Virus record (IMG/VR): IMGVR_UViG_3300021962_000021
Span: 174,220-238,219 of that record
Strand: one strand, 5' to 3'
Length of the DNA: 64,000 bases
The position numbers and the translations under genes were made by a program. Of the stretch, positions 58,087-64,000 are shown one piece after another (the first letter of the stretch is position 1; each line of letters begins with the position of its first letter). Below the pieces are notes generated by a model, which did no database searches, was not told the DNA's origin, and saw only the letters and a list, made by a program, of their open reading frames with translations.

Positions 58087-58094
58087 TATTTATA
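58087..58094 (+). promoter_or_regulatory. Putative late promoter motif TATTTATA
   Basis: Exact motif before 58130. Confidence 0.55.
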
Positions 58095-58129
58095 TCATAT
58101 AATTATACTTAAGTTAATATAGAATAGAT

Positions 58130-60265
58130 ATGTCAATAAATTTCCAAGAAATCCTAAAAGAGTTAGAATATCGTGTAGATAAAGGTATTATCGACTTAAC
58201 AAATGAGGAACAAGTTACAAAATTAGCACAAATTTTAAAAGAAAATGGAGTTTCTAATCCAATTAAACTTGCAAATGAAGCAAGAGTATATTTCTCATAT
58301 TTAAAAGAAATTGAGGAAGCAAAACCAAAAAAGAAATCTGTAAAAGTTCCTATTGAAAAAATAATGAACCAAACAGTTACAAATACGGATACAAAAAAGA
58401 AAATTAAAGTTAGTTCAGCACTACAATATAAAAATTCAGATAGTGCTGGCCAACAAGCCGCTTATCAACAAGCACAAGCTATGTTTCAACAAGCCGGCTA
58501 TAATGATAATGAGATTGATAAATTAAGCACATCAACAAAACCAGAACCACAACCTGCAACAAAACCAAACGAACCAAACGCATTTGGCGTAAGTGGTGGC
58601 GGACAGCAAGTGTTTGCCGGTGGTAAAGGTAGAAAACCAGAAGAAATTAAACCTGAAATAGATAGAATTAGTATTGAAGCAGGACAGAGTAGACAAGGAT
58701 TTTATAAAAAAGGATATCACAAAGCCGAAGGAGATGATGATTCAGGAGCAGCTCCAGGTAATGCCGGTTCAATGTTAAATGAAAATGGTTCATGTGATGT
58801 GTGTGAATGGGCATTGGAAAATGATAATCAGAATTTAGTAGATGCGGTTGCACATTTATATGGAAATTTAAAAGGTGGGGCATTATTAGAAGCAAGTGAT
58901 AAAACAGGTATAGCTGGACAAGAAAACGCTGTTCCAAGTGTAAACGCTAAACAATTAAGAGAATTTAGAGCGGCGGGCAAAGGTAAGTTTGATAAATTAT
59001 CAGATGGTCAATTATCTAGATTGATGATGGCAGCAAATGGTGGATTGATTAAAGCTAGAAAAATAAAAGAAGGAATAAAGGCAAATAAGTGGAAAGAAGA
59101 AGATTGTGTTGTTAATGGATTTTTTGGTGATGCCGGCGGAAAGGCACAGCAAATGGATATGGTTAGACAATCTAATAGAATATTTGCACCCGATGGTAGA
59201 GAAATACCAAAAGAAATAGCACTTAAATTAGTAGCTGCAGGTGGTGGTGGAGCAAATCCATCGGATACATCTCAATTTGTATATAATCAAAAGACGGGTG
59301 ATTTGATGATTAAATTCACATCCGATAAAGATTCATTTGATGCAATCGTTGCACAATCATCATTTCAAAAAGAAGGTTCTATTAAAAAAGAACAAATAGA
59401 TGAATTGGTGAAAAACGGTAAAATGAAACAAAAAGATGGTGAGGCTTTAAAATCTTTAATAGATAAACAAACTCAAAAATTAAATGCCATCGAATCGGAA
59501 TTGAAAACCGTTGTTGCAGAACCTGCTAAAAAAATGATGACAAAAAATCCTAAAGAATTATATAAACTTGCATTGGAATTTAATACATCATCAAGTGGTA
59601 AAGGTAGATTGGCAGCGATAGCAAAAAAATACGGACAAGGTGGTGACGGAATTAAAAATTTATTAAAAGTTGCCGCAACCGATCCAGAATCATTATCATC
59701 GGGAGATAGAAGAGTTGTTGATGATTTGAAAAAACATTATGGTTTAGATTATTTAGTTGCTGAAAAAATAGATAATATAAGAAAACGTTCAGTTGCGGTA
59801 GAAAGAAAAATGTTGGATGAAATGAATAAAATCAAAATTCCAATATCAGGAGGAAAAGTTGGATTGGGTGATTATATGGATGCTACAAACTTTATTGAAA
59901 AATTCCATATGGCAGGTGCGATGGGTGATAAACATGGTGTATTTGCATATGGTGGTTTATTTGAAGTAGTTTGTGGTGTTGGTGTAATTAATAATGATAT
60001 TATAGCTAGTTGTATGAATACAAACAATATGGATGATTTTATTAGAAAGTTTGGTTCTACAAAAGAAGAATTTCAATTATCAAAAGAAAATCAAATTACA
60101 GGTTCGGTTAGAATTGCATACTTCTTAAACGATAAGGGTGAAAAGATTCGTATTGGAGAAAAAAGACAAAGAAGTAAAACAGGTGCAACTGGAAGATTCA
60201 ATACAGTTTATAAGTGGGATAAAGATACCATAAACTGTTTCAAAAGAAAAAATGGAGTAGCTTAA
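58130..60265 (+). CDS. Large hypothetical protein, possibly capsid-internal
   Basis: 711-aa ORF with a late motif upstream; shares a KKIK...AL module with the 7798 ORF. Confidence 0.6.
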   Translation: MSINFQEILKELEYRVDKGIIDLTNEEQVTKLAQILKENGVSNPIKLANEARVYFSYLKEIEEAKPKKKSVKVPIEKIMNQTVTNTDTKKKIKVSSALQYKNSDSAGQQAAYQQAQAMFQQAGYNDNEIDKLSTSTKPEPQPATKPNEPNAFGVSGGGQQVFAGGKGRKPEEIKPEIDRISIEAGQSRQGFYKKGYHKAEGDDDSGAAPGNAGSMLNENGSCDVCEWALENDNQNLVDAVAHLYGNLKGGALLEASDKTGIAGQENAVPSVNAKQLREFRAAGKGKFDKLSDGQLSRLMMAANGGLIKARKIKEGIKANKWKEEDCVVNGFFGDAGGKAQQMDMVRQSNRIFAPDGREIPKEIALKLVAAGGGGANPSDTSQFVYNQKTGDLMIKFTSDKDSFDAIVAQSSFQKEGSIKKEQIDELVKNGKMKQKDGEALKSLIDKQTQKLNAIESELKTVVAEPAKKMMTKNPKELYKLALEFNTSSSGKGRLAAIAKKYGQGGDGIKNLLKVAATDPESLSSGDRRVVDDLKKHYGLDYLVAEKIDNIRKRSVAVERKMLDEMNKIKIPISGGKVGLGDYMDATNFIEKFHMAGAMGDKHGVFAYGGLFEVVCGVGVINNDIIASCMNTNNMDDFIRKFGSTKEEFQLSKENQITGSVRIAYFLNDKGEKIRIGEKRQRSKTGATGRFNTVYKWDKDTINCFKRKNGVA

Positions 60266-60266
60266 G

Positions 60267-60686
60267 ATGAACACACAATTACTTTGCCTATTTACAACAA
60301 AGGAAGAGTTAGATAAATCATATAATTTTATAATAACTAACTATACTTTTACTAATCCAAATGTTTTTGTTTTACAAAGTAAACTAAAACCTGAAGAGGT
60401 CTTTATTACATTCAATGTAGAAAAAGGGTCTGCGGCAATTCCTTCTGAATGGAAAACTATTTTAGTTCATAGAAAGAAGCAATCAAATACAATATATACA
60501 ATTAACGCTTTAAATGAGGTAGTTAAATCCAAAACAGGTGGGCAATTGGATAATTCTTATATGATTGATTGGGAAGAATTTAGAAATTGTATATTGACAA
60601 CATCCAATGTAGGATATAAAAAAATCCCAACTAAAGTTTTTAAATCTATCCAAATACATACAACAGAAGAAAATTTGGAATATTAA
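60267..60686 (+). CDS. Hypothetical phage protein
   Basis: MNTQLLCLFT...TILVHRKKQSNTIYTINALN...W. Confidence 0.65.
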   Translation: MNTQLLCLFTTKEELDKSYNFIITNYTFTNPNVFVLQSKLKPEEVFITFNVEKGSAAIPSEWKTILVHRKKQSNTIYTINALNEVVKSKTGGQLDNSYMIDWEEFRNCILTTSNVGYKKIPTKVFKSIQIHTTEENLEY

Positions 60687-60705
60687 AATATTTTTCCTAT
60701 ATTAG
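60674..60705 (+). promoter_or_regulatory. Putative Bacteroidota-type sigma-A promoter
   Basis: TTTG at 60674, 20-nt spacer, TATATTAG at 60698. Confidence 0.55.
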
Positions 60706-60709
60706 ACAT

Positions 60710-61018
60710 ATGGGAAAAAGAAAAAAGTTTGAACCAATAGAAATACACGCAGAAGAACCTTCTGATATATTCCAAACACATCGCAGGGAAATATCAAAGG
60801 CCATAGTTGAAGGAATTGATTATGGTATAAAATATAAAAAGAAGCGTGTTGATTTTGCACAGGTTATTATAAAAAACATATTGGTTATTACACTTTCAAT
60901 TGATAGCAGAGAATTTACTGATTTATTAGATGAAAATCTTCAAACCCTCATTGATTTTGAAGAGTATGAAACATGCTCTTTGGTTATGAAATTAAAAGAT
61001 AAATTGAATGAAAAATAA
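60710..61018 (+). CDS. Hypothetical protein with UVR-like C-terminal motif
   Basis: L...EEYE.C..V.KLKD. Confidence 0.55.
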   Translation: MGKRKKFEPIEIHAEEPSDIFQTHRREISKAIVEGIDYGIKYKKKRVDFAQVIIKNILVITLSIDSREFTDLLDENLQTLIDFEEYETCSLVMKLKDKLNEK

Positions 61019-61628
61019 AGTAGAATTACTAGGTTACTATGGTAGTGATTTAACTCATGCACAATCGGCGTGGACATCTACCAGTAGAGATTTAACGGAA
61101 GAAAAGATAAATAGAGTTCCAAAGTTATTAAATATGTTGGCAAGTGAAGGACATGAAACGCCCTTTGAAAAAAGTTCGTTTCATTTTTTAGTGACAGTTG
61201 ACCAAGCCACTCACATACATTTGTTGAAACATAGAATAGGAGTTAGTATCAATGGTGAAAGTGCAAGATACAAAGAGTTAAAGGAAGATAAGATGTATAG
61301 ACCTACTGATTGGCCAGAGGAATGGAGAGGACGTTTGGATGTTTATGCCGAAATGGGAAATGCTTTATATCATAAAGCTTTAGAAGATTTAACTCCGATA
61401 TTGGGTAGAAAGAGAGCAAAAGAAAGTGCTCGTTTCTTCAAATCATTTAATTCTCAAATAGATATGGATGTTATGTTTAATTTCAGGTCTTTTGTTCATT
61501 TTCAAAGATTAAGAAATTCCGAACATGCACAATTAGAAGTTAGAGAGTTAGCACAAATGATGTTAGATTTGGTAAAAGGAATCGAAGGTAATCCATTTGA
61601 ACACACATTAAAAGCATTTAATTTATAG
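61008..61628 (+). CDS. thyX: Flavin-dependent thymidylate synthase
   Basis: GHETPFE, KHR-x7-SARY, KESAR, NFRS..HF..LR...HAQLEVR. Confidence 0.92.
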   Translation: MKNKVELLGYYGSDLTHAQSAWTSTSRDLTEEKINRVPKLLNMLASEGHETPFEKSSFHFLVTVDQATHIHLLKHRIGVSINGESARYKELKEDKMYRPTDWPEEWRGRLDVYAEMGNALYHKALEDLTPILGRKRAKESARFFKSFNSQIDMDVMFNFRSFVHFQRLRNSEHAQLEVRELAQMMLDLVKGIEGNPFEHTLKAFNL

Positions 61629-61631
61629 GTT

Positions 61632-61940
61632 ATGGCACCAAAAGTAAAAACAAAACCAGGAGAGTTTCACATTGGTGATGGGAGTCACTTAATGATAAAA
61701 AGTTCTACAATTGTAGAAATGCATGATTATTTAAAATTAATGACAGGTGATACTAAGAGTTTAGTATTAGATGTTGAAATAAAAGCAGATTTTGAAAAAA
61801 TACCACCTGAATATCATCAGTTATTTTGTCAGATGATGCAAGTAAGATATGGTGGTATTGTAAATATTTGGGATAGTAGACAACCATTTGCAAAGCCTGA
61901 AGTGAAGAAAAAGAAATGGTATCAATTCTGGAAAAAATAA
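61632..61940 (+). CDS. Hypothetical protein
   Basis: 102-aa ORF ending KKKWYQFWK. Confidence 0.6.
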   Translation: MAPKVKTKPGEFHIGDGSHLMIKSSTIVEMHDYLKLMTGDTKSLVLDVEIKADFEKIPPEYHQLFCQMMQVRYGGIVNIWDSRQPFAKPEVKKKKWYQFWKK

Positions 61941-61951
61941 AATTATAAATT

Positions 61952-62326
61952 ATGTTATACGCACCAAGAATACCAACTCCACCACCTATATCAGATATAA
62001 GAAAAGTAAAAAAAGAAAATATGCCAGCAAAACCAAAAATAAGTAAAGACCAATTATTTCCAGAAAAAGTAGAAAGAGCAAAACAAATAGTAGAAAATTC
62101 TAATATAAAAGAAATGGTAAATGGGCCTCAACACTATGGGGGTGCGGATAATCCATATGAGGTTATTAAGGTATGTGAAGCATGGGGATTAGACAAAGAT
62201 GCGTATTTATTCAATGTGGTGAAATATGTTGCCAGAGCAGGTAAAAAAGACCCCCAAAAGGAGCTTGAGGACCTCAAAAAAGCGGTATTTTACCTCGAAA
62301 GAAAGGTAAAAAACCTTCAAAAATAA
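61952..62326 (+). CDS. DUF3310 (SaV-like) protein
   Basis: VNGPQHYG, NVVKYVARAGKK...EDLKKAVFYL. Confidence 0.85.
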   Translation: MLYAPRIPTPPPISDIRKVKKENMPAKPKISKDQLFPEKVERAKQIVENSNIKEMVNGPQHYGGADNPYEVIKVCEAWGLDKDAYLFNVVKYVARAGKKDPQKELEDLKKAVFYLERKVKNLQK

Positions 62327-62327
62327 G

Positions 62328-62359
62328 TTTGGTAATTCGGGAAATTTTCCTTATATTTA
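62328..62359 (+). promoter_or_regulatory. Putative Bacteroidota-type sigma-A promoter
   Basis: TTTG at 62328, 20-nt spacer, TATATTTA at 62352. Confidence 0.65.
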
Positions 62360-62457
62360 CATAGTAAAAGTTACAAAAGGTTATATATATCTATATAGGA
62401 TATAGCTATAAAACCTTAAACTTAAAACAAATTTTTAAACTTTAAAACTTAACAAAA

Positions 62458-63306
62458 ATGGACATTAAATTGGCCTTGTCGAGATTTAATTCTCTACAAA
62501 ACAACACAAAGAAGTCTGACTCAATTTGGAAGCCAGCAAACGGAAAATCTCAAATCAGAATCGTTCCGTATAAGTTCAACAAAGATTTACCTTTCATTGA
62601 ACTTTATTTTCACTACAACATTAACAACAAAACTTACTTATCTCCGATGTCATTCGGTAGACCTGACCCTATCGTAGAGTTTGCAGAAAAACTTAAAAGA
62701 ACAGGCGATACCGATGATTGGAAAGCAGGTAAGAAAATGGAACCAAAATTAAGAACATTCGTTCCAGTTATCGTAAGAGGTAAAGAAAACGAAGGTGTTA
62801 AATTCTGGGGATTTGGTAAGACAGTTTACCAAGACATCTTGGGTTATATTGCTGATCCTGATTACGGAGATATTACAGACCCAATGCAAGGTAGAGATAT
62901 CGTATTGGATGTAACTTCTGCAGAAGAATCAAACGCAGCATATCCAACAACAGCAATCAGAATCAAACCAGCAACATCTAAATTACACGATGACCCTGCA
63001 ACGGTTCAATCTCTTTTGGAAAATCAAAAGAACATTACCGAATTATATTCTGAATTATCTTACGCTGAACTAAAGACAGTGTTGGAAAATTGGTTGAATC
63101 CAGGTTCAGCGATAGCAGATGATGAGATTGTTGAAGAATTAGAAGCACCAAAACCAAAGGCACAACCTGCTGCACAAAAACAATCTTCAGTTTCGACTGA
63201 TATGGGTGGAACGCAGGAATATGGTGACCTTCCTTGGGAAAAAGAAGCACCTGCTAAAAAAGCAGATGATGTAGCATCAGCATTTGATGATTTATTTAAC
63301 AATTAA
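62458..63306 (+). CDS. Single-stranded DNA-binding protein (gp32-like)
   Basis: WKP....IRIVP, FHY, WGFGKTVY, DITD...GRD; acidic tail AFDDLFN; next to the recombinase. Confidence 0.85.
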   Translation: MDIKLALSRFNSLQNNTKKSDSIWKPANGKSQIRIVPYKFNKDLPFIELYFHYNINNKTYLSPMSFGRPDPIVEFAEKLKRTGDTDDWKAGKKMEPKLRTFVPVIVRGKENEGVKFWGFGKTVYQDILGYIADPDYGDITDPMQGRDIVLDVTSAEESNAAYPTTAIRIKPATSKLHDDPATVQSLLENQKNITELYSELSYAELKTVLENWLNPGSAIADDEIVEELEAPKPKAQPAAQKQSSVSTDMGGTQEYGDLPWEKEAPAKKADDVASAFDDLFNN

Positions 63307-63318
63307 TAGGTTACAATT

Positions 63319-64000
63319 ATGGCCAAAGTACAAGAGGATTTAGCAAGTATTCTTGCAGATTCATTAAACAAACAAAATAAGGATGGTAGAATTGCATACT
63401 TCCTGACAGATGGTGGTGGTGATGCCCCTACTAATGTAAAAGATTGGTTATCTACGGGTAACGCTCTTTTGGATGTAGCAGTTTCAAACAGACCTTATGG
63501 TGGTTTGCCTGTTGGCCGTATAGCAGAGATTACGGGTTTAGAGCAAAGTGGAAAATCTTTGCTCTCCGCCCATCTCCTTGCTGAAACACAAAAGAAAGGT
63601 GGAGTAGCCGTATTGATTGATACCGAAACTGCTGTTAATAGGGAGTTTTTGGAAGCAATCGGTGTTGATATTTCTAAATTATTATATGTTTCAGTAGATA
63701 CGGTTGAAGGTATTTTTGAGGCTTGTGAAACTATCATTGAGAAAATCAGAACTTCCGATAAGAATAGATTAGTTACGATTGTAGTTGACTCAGTTGCAGC
63801 TGCATCTACTAAGAAAGAATTGGAAGCTGATTACGATAAAGATGGTTATGCTACTGATAAAGCAATCATCATTTCCAAAGCGATGAGAAAGATTACGAAT
63901 ATGATTGGTAGACAAAACATTTGTTTAGTGTTTACTAACCAACTTCGTCAAAAGATGAACGCAATGGCATTTAGTGACCCTTGGACAACATCAGGCGGTA
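63319..64000 (+). CDS. uvsX: UvsX/RecA recombinase, 3'-truncated by window edge, not in ORF track
   Basis: ATG at 63319; STGNALLDVA, GGLPVGRIAEITGLEQSGKS Walker A, IDTE, VVDSVAA, FTNQLR. Confidence 0.93.
   Translation, partial: MAKVQEDLASILADSLNKQNKDGRIAYFLTDGGGDAPTNVKDWLSTGNALLDVAVSNRPYGGLPVGRIAEITGLEQSGKSLLSAHLLAETQKKGGVAVLIDTETAVNREFLEAIGVDISKLLYVSVDTVEGIFEACETIIEKIRTSDKNRLVTIVVDSVAAASTKKELEADYDKDGYATDKAIIISKAMRKITNMIGRQNICLVFTNQLRQKMNAMAFSDPWTTSGG

Noticed and set aside
1088-63737. All minus-strand ORFs in the track, including the 262-aa 8769..9557
   Set aside because: They lie antisense to well-supported + strand genes, have no recognisable motifs, and are expected shadows of biased codon usage
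1-64000. Stop-codon reassignment
   Set aside because: Core genes are full length in the standard code and coding density is high

Overview
An AT-rich 64 kb segment of a large lytic myovirus-type phage with T4-like morphogenesis genes. All credible genes lie on the + strand. Order: (1) 1-7.6 kb, a sugar-nucleotide and glycan-modification cluster (radical SAM, HAD phosphatase, two SDR epimerases, SGNH-like proteins, a TPP-enzyme beta subunit). (2) 7.8-25 kb, packaging and head: a 1294-aa modular protein, terminase large subunit, portal, prohead protease, small probable core proteins, a ribosomal protein bS21 missing from the ORF track, scaffold and major capsid. (3) 25-43 kb, neck and tail-completion genes, Ser/Thr-rich fibres (two with S74 chaperones), a glycosyltransferase and a Hint+LamG protein. 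(4) 43.5-56 kb, sheath, tube, tail chaperone, tape measure and baseplate. (5) 56-64 kb, PhyH-like dioxygenase, small family A polymerase, ThyX, gp32-like SSB and UvsX/RecA. A Bacteroidota host is inferred from the bS21 type, five TTTG-N19/20-TATATT promoters and mostly SD-less leaders. Best leads: a possible translational-switch system (a bS21 apparently lacking the anti-SD-sequestering Tyr, SD sequences at a few late genes, and two candidate programmed frameshifts); a late-gene motif TATTTATA that is the reverse complement of the T4 late promoter; modular head proteins punctuated by candidate prohead-protease sites; and a virion-wide (S/T)-(G/A/S)-S motif beside glycosylation genes. Family assignments come from motif recognition only; no database searches were run.
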